Under the pieces are notes generated by a model, which was given only the letters and a program-made list of their open reading frames with translations, was not told the DNA's origin and searched no databases. Below are positions 21,905 to 30,882 of a stretch of DNA of 64,000 nt, one piece after another. Every line of letters begins with the position of its first letter. Position 1 is the stretch's first letter. The stretch is from Hydrurus foetidus (lineage: Eukaryota). The translations under genes and the position numbers were made by a program. The stretch spans positions 3,038,001-3,102,000 of the forward strand of contig UYFQ01000001.1 of NCBI GenBank assembly GCA_900617105.1. Reading direction: 5' to 3'.

Positions 21905-22701
21905 ACAAGCCACCCAGCGCCACCGCCCCGCTGGTATTTATTACGGGCGCATCCAGCGGCATCGGCCAAGCCTTGGCGCTGCGGTTTTACCAGGCGGGCT
22001 ATCGGCTGGCGCTGGTGGCCAGGCGTACGAATGAGGTTAAATCGTGGGCTGAGTCAATCAATATGGGCGCGACCAGCTATGCAATATATAGCGCCGATGT
22101 GTCAGACATCAGCAGCATTGTTGCCGCGGGTGCTGCCTGCCTGGCCAGCCAAGGCGTGCCCGAAGTAGTGATTGCCAACGCCGGCATCAGCGTGGGCATG
22201 GACACAGCGTTTATTCAAGACATCGATGTGATGGCTCAAACTTTTGCCACCAACAACATTGGGCTGGCCGCCACGTTTCAGCCGTTTATCACCGCCATGA
22301 CGCAGCGCGGCTCAGGCGCGCTGGTGGGCATTGGCAGCGTGGCGGGCATTCGCGGCTTGCCGGGGCACGGGGCTTACTGCGCGAGTAAAGCGGCGGTCAT
22401 TGCCTACTGCGAAAGCCTGCGCGGCGAGTTGCGGCCGACCGGCGTCAAGGTCGTGACCATTTGCCCGGGCTATATCGACACGCCGCTGACCCGAAAAAAC
22501 AGCTACGCCATGCCATTTTTAATGCAGCCCGACGCATTTGCCAGCAAGGCCTTTGACGCGATTGCCCAGGGCAGCAGCTACCGCGTGATTCCGTGGCAAA
22601 TGGGCGTGGTTGCCAAACTGCTGCGCGTGCTGCCCAATGCGCTGTTTGACAAAGCGCTGTCCGGTCGGGCGCGCAAAAAGCGCCAAGCAGAAAAAAGTTA
22701 G
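21901..22701 (+). CDS. SDR family oxidoreductase
   Basis: TGASSGIG, NAG, YCASK, PGYIDT. Confidence 0.92.
   Translation: MNKPPSATAPLVFITGASSGIGQALALRFYQAGYRLALVARRTNEVKSWAESINMGATSYAIYSADVSDISSIVAAGAACLASQGVPEVVIANAGISVGMDTAFIQDIDVMAQTFATNNIGLAATFQPFITAMTQRGSGALVGIGSVAGIRGLPGHGAYCASKAAVIAYCESLRGELRPTGVKVVTICPGYIDTPLTRKNSYAMPFLMQPDAFASKAFDAIAQGSSYRVIPWQMGVVAKLLRVLPNALFDKALSGRARKKRQAEKS
22037..22092 (+). repeat. Copy E of the 55-bp element inside the SDR gene
   Basis: CAATCAATATGGGCGCGACCAGCTAT-GCAATAT-ATAGC. Confidence 0.75.
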
Positions 22702-22724
22702 CAGCTCTACGCTATGCGCCAAGC

Positions 22725-22785
22725 GCTATTAATTAAGGAGCTGATCGCGCCTGTATTCATTGGGCTACAGCTCGATTAAGGCGTT
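22725..22785 (-). repeat. Dispersed 55-bp element, copy F
   Basis: Reverse complement GCTGTAGCCCAATGAATACAGGCGCGATCAGCTCCTTAATTAATAGC. Confidence 0.88.
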
Positions 22786-22821
22786 AAAAAGGCCTCAAAA
22801 TGCGAATTTTGAAGCCTTTTT
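22786..22821. terminator. Probable bidirectional intrinsic terminator
   Basis: AAAAAGGCCTCAAAAT-GCGA-ATTTTGAAGCCTTTTT between convergent genes. Confidence 0.7.
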
Positions 22822-22862
22822 GTCAACCTGAAATGATTCAGGCTGAAAGGGTCTGCAAGGGC

Positions 22863-23378
22863 TTAGTAGCCGCCGCGTCCACCACCACCGCCGCCGCCAG
22901 AACGACCACCGCCGCCGCCTGCACCGCCGCCGCCGTACGGGCTGCGAAAACCACCGTCGCCACCGCCGCCGCCAGAACGACCACCGCCGCCGCCGTAGCC
23001 GCCGCCACCTGAACGGTCACCGCCGCCACCACCACCGTAGCCGCCGCCACCTGAACGGTCACCACCGCCGCCGCCACCACCGTAGCCGCCACCGCCGCCG
23101 CCAAAGCCGCCAGTACGCGGCGGACGCGCCTCCATCGGACGAGCTTCGTTCACCACAACACTGCGGCCGCCCAAAGGCTGGCCGTTCATGCCAGTGATAG
23201 CTGCTTGTGCTTCTGCGTCGCTGCCCATTTCCACAAAGCCAAAGCCTTTGGAGCGGCCGGTGTCACGTTCCATCATGACTTTAGCGCTGGTCACAGAGCC
23301 GAACTGGCCAAACGATTGTTGCAGGTCTTCGTCGCGGACCGAATATGGCAGGTTGCCGACGTAAAGTTTGTTGCCCAT
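22863..23378 (-). CDS. RRM-domain glycine-rich RNA-binding protein
   Basis: RNP2 LYVGNL, RNP1 KGFGFVEM, Gly-rich tail with GGGGYGGGGGGDRS repeats. Confidence 0.95.
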   Translation of the reverse strand: MGNKLYVGNLPYSVRDEDLQQSFGQFGSVTSAKVMMERDTGRSKGFGFVEMGSDAEAQAAITGMNGQPLGGRSVVVNEARPMEARPPRTGGFGGGGGGYGGGGGGGDRSGGGGYGGGGGGDRSGGGGYGGGGGRSGGGGGDGGFRSPYGGGGAGGGGGRSGGGGGGGRGGY

Positions 23379-23616
23379 TAAGGGACTCCTCTAAAACACA
23401 AAAATATCGATCTCTATATTGAAATCGAATAACAAAAGCGATGGAGCCCCGTTAGCACAACAAAACTGAAACATACCGCTGTAGCGCGCGAAACTGACCG
23501 ATCACTAACCTGTGTAAATTCAAAAATTTACACCCATATATTATGCTGCATGCGGGCAAAATGAACGCAACTATAGTTACTACCTATAAAAGACGTAAGT
23601 TTAGGTGTCTTGTCCG

Positions 23617-23835
23617 CTAGCTGGCGGCGTCATCCCCACCGCCGTAGTTGCGCCACTTGCCCATCGCCGCGCGCAGCGTCAACACCTGGTTTTCAAACTT
23701 TGGGCAAGCCTTGCAGGCCAGCATGTGAAGCCGCAACGCAATGTGGTCGGGTATGGCCAATGTGCGGTCTTCCCGGGCAATCACCAAAGCAGCGGCTTGC
23801 TTGCAGGTGCGGCGGAGCATCGTAATTTTGGACAT
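23617..23835 (-). CDS. Small zf-HC2 (ZAS-type) anti-sigma factor
   Basis: TC...HMLACKAC (C-x-HxxxCxxC); directly downstream of the ECF sigma. Confidence 0.85.
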   Translation of the reverse strand: MSKITMLRRTCKQAAALVIAREDRTLAIPDHIALRLHMLACKACPKFENQVLTLRAAMGKWRNYGGGDDAAS

Positions 23836-23862
23836 TAAAGCAATTCATTCCATCAGTACAAG

Positions 23863-24438
23863 TTAGTTCTTTGATAGCGCGGCGGCGCCAAACCAGTTAA
23901 TGTTCAGGCACTCTTGCAAGCGCAATCTGGCGCGGTGCAATTGCACATACAAGTTAGTAGGCGTCAGCTTCAATTCCTTACAGACTTCGGGGCACGACAT
24001 TTCCAGCCATTCGCGCATTAAAAACAGTCGCCCCAGCGCTGGCGGCAAGCGCTCGACACAGGCGTCGAGCACCGCAAAAAACTGCTGCTGCTCCAGCGTT
24101 TGATGCGGGTTACCCCATTCACAAGGCGTCTCAGAAAAGTGCCCATCGGCTTTAAAACTGATTTTGTCCAGCTCGTCGCCCTCGGCGTCGTCAGCATCGC
24201 TGGTCAGTGAGAACTCACGCGTTTGCTTGCGAATAATGTCAATCACCTTGTGCTTCAAAATGCCCACCAGCCAGGTTTTAAGCTGCGAGCGATTGCCGAA
24301 GCTCTGCGGTTTAGACAGCGCGGCCAGCAGCGTTTCAGACACTGCGTCGTCCGCCCATGCGTCGTTACGCAGCTGCAGCCGCGCAAATTTCAACAGGTAA
24401 ACGCGGTGCTCTACTAACTGCTCGTTAAAGTTGGCCAT
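23863..24438 (-). CDS. ECF sigma-70 factor
   Basis: Region 2 (ADDAVSETL, KTWLVGILKHKVID) and region 4 (LYVQLHRARLRL); start MANFNE chosen over 24510. Confidence 0.9.
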   Translation of the reverse strand: MANFNEQLVEHRVYLLKFARLQLRNDAWADDAVSETLLAALSKPQSFGNRSQLKTWLVGILKHKVIDIIRKQTREFSLTSDADDAEGDELDKISFKADGHFSETPCEWGNPHQTLEQQQFFAVLDACVERLPPALGRLFLMREWLEMSCPEVCKELKLTPTNLYVQLHRARLRLQECLNINWFGAAALSKN

Positions 24439-24512
24439 GGATGGAAGTCTACTAGCTAGGCGGCCAAAACCAAAACTGCGTGAACCCAGCCCTAGAGCAA
24501 TAAAATCCATAA

Positions 24513-24539
24513 GTAAGATTTTGTCAGCGGCAGCGACTA
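24513..24539 (+). promoter_or_regulatory. Putative ECF promoter P1 (GTAAGA-N16-GACTA)
   Basis: Identical bipartite motif and spacing also occurs at 25188-25214. Confidence 0.7.
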
Positions 24540-24622
24540 CCAGCCAGCCAATCCGGGGTTGGTGGGCTGTTTTTTAAGGGTTGACTGCACTTCTTCAACC
24601 AGTGCGTACTTTCGGAATCATC

Positions 24623-25153
24623 ATGAAAATATTGAGTTCTTTCCTGCTAAGTTTTACATTGGGCTTGATTGTGGCCGCGCCCGCTGCAGCGCAGCGCGCC
24701 GTGGCACCCACTGAGCCGCCTGAGGCCGCCGCGGAGTTTGCCCAAATCACCGGTAAAACAGTAGATGGCGCGCCCTTCAAATTGGCTGCGCTAAAAGGCA
24801 AGGTTGTACTAATCATGTTTTGGTCAACGGGCTGCGCAGTTTGCCGCGACAAAATGCCGGAGCTGCGCAGCAATTACGAGGGTTGGGCTGGCAAACCGTT
24901 TGAGTTGGTGGCCGTCAGTGTGGACACGCGCATGCAAGACTTGCGTGACTACGAGCGGATTGTTTCGGCGTCAGTGCCACTCAAGCAGCGCTTTGTTCAG
25001 TTGTGGGCGGGCGAGGCGGGCTACCAAGACAACCTGGGCAAGCACGCGTCGCTGCCCGCAGCTTACCTGCTAGATAAAACTGGCAAAGTCGTTGCGCGTT
25101 ACACCGGACGCATACCCCCTGAAGCCTGGGACAAAATCGCCGACTTGCTGTAA
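24623..25153 (+). CDS. Exported TlpA/ResA-like thioredoxin-fold protein
   Basis: Signal peptide, KGKVVLIMFWSTGCAVC (CxxC), LPAAYLLDKTG. Confidence 0.85.
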   Translation: MKILSSFLLSFTLGLIVAAPAAAQRAVAPTEPPEAAAEFAQITGKTVDGAPFKLAALKGKVVLIMFWSTGCAVCRDKMPELRSNYEGWAGKPFELVAVSVDTRMQDLRDYERIVSASVPLKQRFVQLWAGEAGYQDNLGKHASLPAAYLLDKTGKVVARYTGRIPPEAWDKIADLL

Positions 25154-25187
25154 TTGCGAAAATTCTTTTAACAAGACCCATAATTTT

Positions 25188-25214
25188 GTAAGAAGTGCTG
25201 TGGCCGCCAGACTA
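25188..25214 (+). promoter_or_regulatory. Putative ECF promoter P2 (GTAAGA-N16-GACTA) upstream of the precursor gene
   Basis: GTAAGA-AGTGCTGTGGCCGCCA-GACTA. Confidence 0.7.
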
Positions 25215-25321
25215 AACATTAACCAGGCGAAAAAGCCGGTTCTGGCAAACTCTGAATCCTCACCGTTTGTTTTTGTTGCCCAGTTTTTTGACTTTAACTT
25301 TAACTTTTGGAGATTTTCATC

Positions 25322-25612
25322 ATGAATCAACGCGCTCTTATCGCTGCCGCTGCAGCCTCTTTGTTGTCCACCCTGTTGATCGCTGCTCCAGCGATGGCTC
25401 AAGAAAAAGAAAAATGCTTCGGCATTGCCGAAGCCGGTAAAAACGATTGCGCCAATTTGTCGGGCACGCACTCATGCGCCGGCCAGTCCAAATTGACGGC
25501 AGACGCAGGCGAGTGGAAGTATGTGGCCAAGGGCACCTGCGAAGGCATGAAGGGCATGTCTGCTGATGCAGCCAAGGCTAAAGTAAAAATGATGACCGAG
25601 AAAAAGGGCTAA
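25322..25612 (+). CDS. DUF2282/BufA1-type bufferin precursor peptide (exported, 4 Cys)
   Basis: Sec signal ending AMA, then [14 protein letters not shown]...HSCAGQS...[17 protein letters not shown] upstream. Confidence 0.88.
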   Translation: MNQRALIAAAAASLLSTLLIAAPAMAQEKEKCFGIAEAGKNDCANLSGTHSCAGQSKLTADAGEWKYVAKGTCEGMKGMSADAAKAKVKMMTEKKG

Positions 25613-25642
25613 CTCAACCCTCGGTTTTTAGGGGAGGTTTGT

Positions 25643-26539
25643 ATGTCCGCACCTCTTCCCTATTTCCCACCGCATTCCCCCGCCCTTGCCGCACCTGTCG
25701 GCATCGGCTGGCGGCACCCGCATTACGCCGACGTACTTGAGCAGTTGCCGCCGTTGGACTTTTTAGAAGTCCATTCCGAGAATTTTTTTGCCGCCGGTGG
25801 TGCGGCATTGGCTGTGCTTAAACAGGGCCGCGCCAGTTACCCCGTCAGTTTGCATGGTGTGGGTTTGGGCTTGGGCTCAGCTGCCGGTATTGATGCGTGG
25901 CATTTAGATCAGCTTGCGCGGCTGGTCGAGCAAATTGAGCCGGTTCGGGTGTCTGACCACGCCTGCTTTGCGCGTGCCCACGTGGCCGGGCAAACGCTGC
26001 ACGCGGCAGATTTATTGCCGCTGGCTTTTAACGCTGCCACGTTGGCTATTTTGTGCACCAACGTGCAGCAAGTGCAAGACCGATTGAAGCGCCCGCTGCT
26101 GGTTGAAAACCTGTCGGCGTACGTCAGCTTTAACAACAGCGACATGAGCGAGCCCGATTTTTTAAACCAGCTTAGCAAGCGCACCGGGTGTGGCCTGCTG
26201 GTTGATGTGAACAACATTTACGTCAATGCCCTTAACGAATTATTGGCGGGTGAAGACGTTGGGCCAGGTACCGATCCGCTGGCCGCTTGTGTTGCCTGGC
26301 TTGATCAGATCAACCCGACCGCCGTGGGTGAGCTGCACCTGGCCGGCCACATTCGCACGCCCGAAATGGTGATTGACGACCACGGCAGCCGCGTGTGCGA
26401 TGCCGTATGGCAAATTTACAAGCATGCGCAAAGTCGATTCGGCAACGTGCCCGCGCTGATTGAGTGGGACACCGACATTCCGACGCTCAGTGTGTTGCTC
26501 AGCGAGGTTGCGTTGGCTAAAGCGGCCGTAGCGCCATGA
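25643..26539 (+). CDS. DUF692 multinuclear non-heme iron oxidase (MNIO, BufB-like)
   Basis: [44 protein letters not shown] motifs. Confidence 0.93.
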   Translation: MSAPLPYFPPHSPALAAPVGIGWRHPHYADVLEQLPPLDFLEVHSENFFAAGGAALAVLKQGRASYPVSLHGVGLGLGSAAGIDAWHLDQLARLVEQIEPVRVSDHACFARAHVAGQTLHAADLLPLAFNAATLAILCTNVQQVQDRLKRPLLVENLSAYVSFNNSDMSEPDFLNQLSKRTGCGLLVDVNNIYVNALNELLAGEDVGPGTDPLAACVAWLDQINPTAVGELHLAGHIRTPEMVIDDHGSRVCDAVWQIYKHAQSRFGNVPALIEWDTDIPTLSVLLSEVALAKAAVAP

Positions 26540-27333
26540 GCAACGCCAGCCCGTCCGAGCAGCAAACATTAATGCTGGCCGCCTTGCTTGGAAGACAGCC
26601 GATGGCTGCGTTGCAAGCGGTGCTGCAAAACGGCGCGGCCGCGCGGGCCGAGCGCGGCATGGGTGTGTACCAAGCCAACGCGGCGGTGTTGGCCGAGCGC
26701 ACGCTAAGCAGTACCTTTCCTGTGCTGGCGCAGCTGATTGGCAATGAGAGTTTTGAGCCGTTGGCGCGCCATTTTTGGCGGCAGCACCCCCCGCTGCGAG
26801 GCGATATGGGCCAATGGGGCGAGTTGCTGGCAGCGTTTGTAGATGCTGCACCCCAACTGGTCAGCGAACCTTATTTAGGCGATGTTGCACGAATTGAATG
26901 GGCGCTGCACTGCGCCGGTGGTGCCCCTGATGCAGTGCTTGATGCTGCGTCTTTTTCGCTGCTGTCTGACGATTCTTCTGAGCCAGTAAGCCTGGCGATA
27001 AGTCCCGGTGCGTACACGCTCGCAAGCAAATATCCGGTGGCCAGCATCGTCAACGCACATTCCGGCGGCGCGACTACGCTCGGCTCAGCAGCCGAGTTGC
27101 TTCGCAGTGGGGTTGGCGAACACGCGTTGGTGTGGCGACAAGGCTTCAAGCCGCGCGTGCGCATCAGCAGCGCGGCTGAACATGCGTTGGTCAACGGCCT
27201 GCTGCAGCGCCTTTCGCTAGACGCCGCGCTTAGCTTGGCACTGGCGCAAGACCCGGCATTCGACTTCAACCAATGGCTGGGCGAAGCCGTGCAAACGGGG
27301 CTGGTTTTTTGCGCCTACCGATTATCTGAATAA
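26536..27333 (+). CDS. DUF2063/BufC-like MNIO partner protein
   Basis: GMGVYQAN...[25 protein letters not shown]; overlaps the DUF692 stop. Confidence 0.85.
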   Translation: MSNASPSEQQTLMLAALLGRQPMAALQAVLQNGAAARAERGMGVYQANAAVLAERTLSSTFPVLAQLIGNESFEPLARHFWRQHPPLRGDMGQWGELLAAFVDAAPQLVSEPYLGDVARIEWALHCAGGAPDAVLDAASFSLLSDDSSEPVSLAISPGAYTLASKYPVASIVNAHSGGATTLGSAAELLRSGVGEHALVWRQGFKPRVRISSAAEHALVNGLLQRLSLDAALSLALAQDPAFDFNQWLGEAVQTGLVFCAYRLSE

Positions 27334-27351
27334 ACAACAAAGAGGACTCCC

Positions 27352-27804
27352 ATGACATCAACGCCCACTACTTTCATTAGCAAAATACGCAGCGCCTGGA
27401 GCCCGCTTAACCGCCTGCTCGATGCGCTTCAGCCACTGGCCGCCTTGCTGGCGCGGCTGTATGTTGCGCAAGTGTTTTTCTTGTCTGGCTTAACCAAGCT
27501 GCGTGACTGGGGCACCACCGTGGCGCTGTTCACGGATGAATACAAAGTACCGTTTTTGTCGCCTACCGTTGCTGCGGCGCTGGGCACGGCGGGGGAGCTG
27601 GTGCTGCCGGTGTTGCTGGTGCTGGGCCTGGCTGGCAGGTTTTCGGCGCTGGGGCTTTTTGTCGTCAATGCGGTTGCCGTTATTGCGCTTACCGAAATTG
27701 CGCCGGCTGCGTTGCAGCAACATATTTTGTGGGGAACGCTGCTGGCCGCGTTGGCGATTTACGGTGTGGGCCCGTGGTCAGTTGATAAGTGGATGAAACG
27801 CTAA
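27352..27804 (+). CDS. DoxX family membrane protein (BufD-like)
   Basis: LARLYVAQVFFLSGLTK, ELVLPVLLVLGL, GVGPWSVD. Confidence 0.88.
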   Translation: MTSTPTTFISKIRSAWSPLNRLLDALQPLAALLARLYVAQVFFLSGLTKLRDWGTTVALFTDEYKVPFLSPTVAAALGTAGELVLPVLLVLGLAGRFSALGLFVVNAVAVIALTEIAPAALQQHILWGTLLAALAIYGVGPWSVDKWMKR

Positions 27805-27836
27805 AAAAGAGGCTTTTTAAGGCATTTTTAAGCATG

Positions 27837-27890
27837 TTTTAGTGCTGTAGCCCAATTAATACGGGCGCGAGCAGCTATGACTTTAATAGT
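27837..27890 (+). repeat. Dispersed 55-bp element, copy G
   Basis: GCTGTAGCCCAATTAATACGGGCGCGAGCAGCTATGACTTTAATAGT. Confidence 0.9.
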
Positions 27891-27911
27891 GAACAGGTTC
27901 GGTTGCCGCAT

Positions 27912-28682
27912 TCAAGTGGCGTAGTCCGCACCCAGCTTGTCGAGTTTGCGAATCAGCGAAGGCCACACAAACGCGCCGCCCAGCCCACCGGTTTGCACCC
28001 GCAGCGCTTCAGCCACACCTTTAACGATCAGTGGGTTAACCGGCGTCAGCTCGCCCCCGCCAGCTTGCGCGTCGATTTGAATGCGGCAGGTGTTCTCAAA
28101 CGTGTACATCGACAGAAATGCATCAGCAATCGTTGGCCCCACCACCAGCAGACCATGATTGCGCAAGACCAAAAAGTTGGCGGTGCCCAAGTCGGCTTGC
28201 AGGCGCGGCTTTTCATCGTCCTTGAAGGCCACGCCTTCGTACGCGTGGTAGGCCAGCGAGCTCAACACAAAGGTTGATTGCTGGCTAATCGGCAGCACGC
28301 CACCCGCCTGCGCGCTAACGGCCACACCCGCTCGCGTGTGGGTGTGCAGCACGCAACCCGCATCAGGCCGCGCCTCATGCACGGCGCTGTGAATCACAAA
28401 ACCGGCCGGGTTAACCGGGTACGGCGAGTCAATGATTTTGTTGCATTTGTCGTCGACTTTGACCAGGCTGGACGCCGTGATTTCATCAAACATCAAACCA
28501 TAGGGGTTGATAAGAAAGTGGTGCGCGTCGCCACTGACTGACGCGGGCAGCTTGGCGCTGATATGCGTAAAAACCAAGTCGCTCCAGCCGTAAAGCGCCA
28601 CCAGACGGTAGCAAGCGGCCAGGTCGCAGCGCAGTTGCCACTCTTCGGCAGTGACGGTGTTTTTCAAAGTGGGGGTTGTCAT
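27912..28682 (-). CDS. Class II aldolase/adducin family protein
   Basis: THISA, INPYG, AGFVIHSAVH, HTHT, LRNHG. Confidence 0.9.
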   Translation of the reverse strand: MTTPTLKNTVTAEEWQLRCDLAACYRLVALYGWSDLVFTHISAKLPASVSGDAHHFLINPYGLMFDEITASSLVKVDDKCNKIIDSPYPVNPAGFVIHSAVHEARPDAGCVLHTHTRAGVAVSAQAGGVLPISQQSTFVLSSLAYHAYEGVAFKDDEKPRLQADLGTANFLVLRNHGLLVVGPTIADAFLSMYTFENTCRIQIDAQAGGGELTPVNPLIVKGVAEALRVQTGGLGGAFVWPSLIRKLDKLGADYAT

Positions 28683-28846
28683 GAATTAGGTCTTTGGTTG
28701 GGCGAGTCTTCAGGATACTCCGCTTGTGTGCACGCTAACCGATAAAACGCAACACGGCGTCTCGACGGCGACTTGGGCGGTGAACGCAGCAGATGGGTGT
28801 TCAGCCCAAGCGTCGTTGCCTTGCTACTTGTGGATTGATATACTTG

Positions 28847-28898
28847 TTAAGCGCCGATTTGCTACAGCTTGCGGGCGCTTAATAAGTTCAGCTAAAGA
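28847..28898 (+). ncRNA. SAM-II-type riboswitch aptamer upstream of metX
   Basis: P1 TTAAGCGCC/GGCGCTTAA, GATTTG, TTGC and 3' GCTAAAG match the SAM-II/SAM-V pseudoknot signature; metX context. Confidence 0.85.
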
Positions 28899-28908
28899 CG
28901 CCTGCCAG

Positions 28909-28941
28909 CCCGGCCTCGCCTTTAGCGACGCCGGGTTTTTC
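28909..28941 (+). terminator. Intrinsic terminator (riboswitch expression platform)
   Basis: CCCGGC-C-TCGC-CTTTA-GCGA-C-GCCGGG followed by TTTTT. Confidence 0.75.
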
Positions 28942-28960
28942 TATTTTCAGTTAACCAAAG

Positions 28961-30193
28961 ATGTTGATAGCCACACCACAGTCGATGCATTTTGAAGAAG
29001 CCTTGCCGCTGCAAAGTGGCGCATCGCTTCGTGCCTACGACTTGAGCTATGAAACCTACGGCACGCTGAATGCTGACAAGTCCAATGCGGTGCTGATTTG
29101 CCACGCGCTCAATGCCTCGCATCATGTTGCGGGTGTGTACGAAGGCCAGCCAAAATCTGAAGGCTGGTGGCACACCATGATTGGCCCCGGCAAACCCGTG
29201 GACACCAATCAGTTTTTTGTCATTGGCGTGAACAATCTGGGCTCGTGCTTCGGCTCTACCGGGCCGATGCAAATTAACCCAGACACAGGCCACGTCTACG
29301 GCGCTGACTTCCCGGTGGTTACTGTTGAAGACTGGGTACACGCGCAAGCGCGTTTGATGGACGCGCTGGGCATACAAGCCCTGGCCGCCGTTATGGGCGG
29401 CAGCTTGGGCGGCATGCAGGCCTTGAGCTGGACGCTGCAGTACCCGAGCCGGGTGAAGCACGCCGTCATAGTGGCCAGCGCGCCTAATTTAACGGCAGAA
29501 AACATCGCGTTCAACGAAGTAGCGCGCCGCGCGATCGTCACCGACCCTGACTTTCACGGTGGCCATTACGCCGCGCACGGCACGCTGCCCAAGCGTGGCC
29601 TGCGCATTGCGCGAATGATTGGACACATCACGTACCTCAGCGACGACGTGATGAATGAAAAGTTTGGCCGGAGACTGGCCCCCACGCTTGTCGCTTCGCG
29701 TACTGCGCTGCCCCCTGAGGGGGCGCTGCGCCTGCGGCCCGGCGAAGCCGGTTCCGCGGCCCCTGCTGGTCAAGACGCCACTGCCGTGTTTGCTGCCGCA
29801 GCTTTTAAGTTTTCGACGCAAGAAGTTGAATTTCAGATCGAAAGTTACTTGCGTTATCAAGGCGATAAATTCAGCGAGTACTTTGACGCGAACACCTATT
29901 TGTTGATCACCCGCGCGCTTGACTACTTTGACCCGGCATCCAGCTTTGGCGGTGATTTAAGTGCAGCGCTCAGCAAAGCCACGGCCAAATTCCTGCTCGT
30001 CAGCTTCACCACCGACTGGCGTTTTGCGCCCACCCGCAGCCGTGAAATGGTTAAGGCCCTGCTCGACAACCAGATCGACGTGAGTTACGCCGAGATTGAC
30101 GCGCCGCATGGGCATGATGCTTTTTTGTTAGATGACGCCCGTTACATGGGCGTAGTGCGCTCTTATTTTCAGAGCAAGGTAAGGCCGACATGA
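28961..30193 (+). CDS. metX: Homoserine O-acyltransferase
   Basis: [18 protein letters not shown] nucleophile motif, FDANTY, HGHDAFL. Confidence 0.95.
   Translation: MLIATPQSMHFEEALPLQSGASLRAYDLSYETYGTLNADKSNAVLICHALNASHHVAGVYEGQPKSEGWWHTMIGPGKPVDTNQFFVIGVNNLGSCFGSTGPMQINPDTGHVYGADFPVVTVEDWVHAQARLMDALGIQALAAVMGGSLGGMQALSWTLQYPSRVKHAVIVASAPNLTAENIAFNEVARRAIVTDPDFHGGHYAAHGTLPKRGLRIARMIGHITYLSDDVMNEKFGRRLAPTLVASRTALPPEGALRLRPGEAGSAAPAGQDATAVFAAAAFKFSTQEVEFQIESYLRYQGDKFSEYFDANTYLLITRALDYFDPASSFGGDLSAALSKATAKFLLVSFTTDWRFAPTRSREMVKALLDNQIDVSYAEIDAPHGHDAFLLDDARYMGVVRSYFQSKVRPT
29673..29771 (+). repeat. GC-rich palindromic element inserted in-frame in metX
   Basis: GCCCCCACG...CTGCCCCCTGAGGGGGC...GCGGCCCGGCG; related copy at 35861-35938 (-). 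Confidence 0.75.
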
Positions 30194-30777
30194 GCACACC
30201 TTCTCCAGACACGCTGTCAATCGCCGCTTTGGTGCCACACGGCTCACGGGTGCTTGACCTGGGTTGCGGCACCGGCGAGCTGTTGGCGTATTTGATTAAA
30301 GAGCGCGGCTGCTCCGGCTATGGCGTTGAAATCAACGATGCCAATGTACAAGCTTGCGTGGCGCGCGGCGTGAACGTGATTCAGCTCAACCTTGACGAAG
30401 GCTTGGCGGTTTTTGGCGACGCCTCGTTTGATGTGGTGCTGCAAATCGACACGCTGCAACACCTGCGCAACGCCGAAGTCATGCTGGTTGAAACAGCGCG
30501 AGTCGGCCGAATCGGCATTGTGGCTTTCCCCAACTTTGGCCACTGGCCCAATCGCCTGGCCGTGCTGCGTGGCCGCATGCCCGTGACCAAAGTGCTGCCC
30601 TACCAGTGGTACGACACGCCCAATATTCGGGTGGGCACGCTGCAAGATTTTGAGGCACTGGCAGTTAAAAACCAGCTGCAAATTATCGACCAGTTTGGCT
30701 TGCAAGATGGGCGTGAAGTACGCTGGTGGCCGAACGCGCTGGCCAGTAGGGCGGTGTTCAAGTTTCAGCGCCAGTGA
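30190..30777 (+). CDS. metW: Methionine biosynthesis protein MetW
   Basis: [25 protein letters not shown]; overlaps the metX stop. Confidence 0.93.
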   Translation: MSTPSPDTLSIAALVPHGSRVLDLGCGTGELLAYLIKERGCSGYGVEINDANVQACVARGVNVIQLNLDEGLAVFGDASFDVVLQIDTLQHLRNAEVMLVETARVGRIGIVAFPNFGHWPNRLAVLRGRMPVTKVLPYQWYDTPNIRVGTLQDFEALAVKNQLQIIDQFGLQDGREVRWWPNALASRAVFKFQRQ

Positions 30778-30798
30778 CTTTTATCGGTGCTAACATTC

Positions 30799-30876
30799 AG
30801 TCATCGGGAACACAGCCTCCCGAGTCTTGACTAGAACAGACGGTGTCCCGTCCAAGCGCTGGCAACTCGTTTGGAG
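30799..30876 (+). ncRNA. Structured 5' leader upstream of the chromate genes (candidate chrB-type cis-regulatory RNA)
   Basis: Stems AGTCA/TGACT, TCGGGA/TCCCGA, GACGG/CCGTC and TCCAAGCG/CGTTTGGA (the last overlaps the GGAG RBS). Confidence 0.6.
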
Positions 30877-30882
30877 TACTTT

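Noticed and set aside
22863..23110. CCG/CCA-rich low-complexity tandem repeats
   Set aside because: Explained by the glycine-rich tail of the RRM protein
25613..25642. Possible hairpin between the precursor and DUF692 genes
   Set aside because: Pairing is weak and overlaps the GGAGG RBS; cannot be supported by eye
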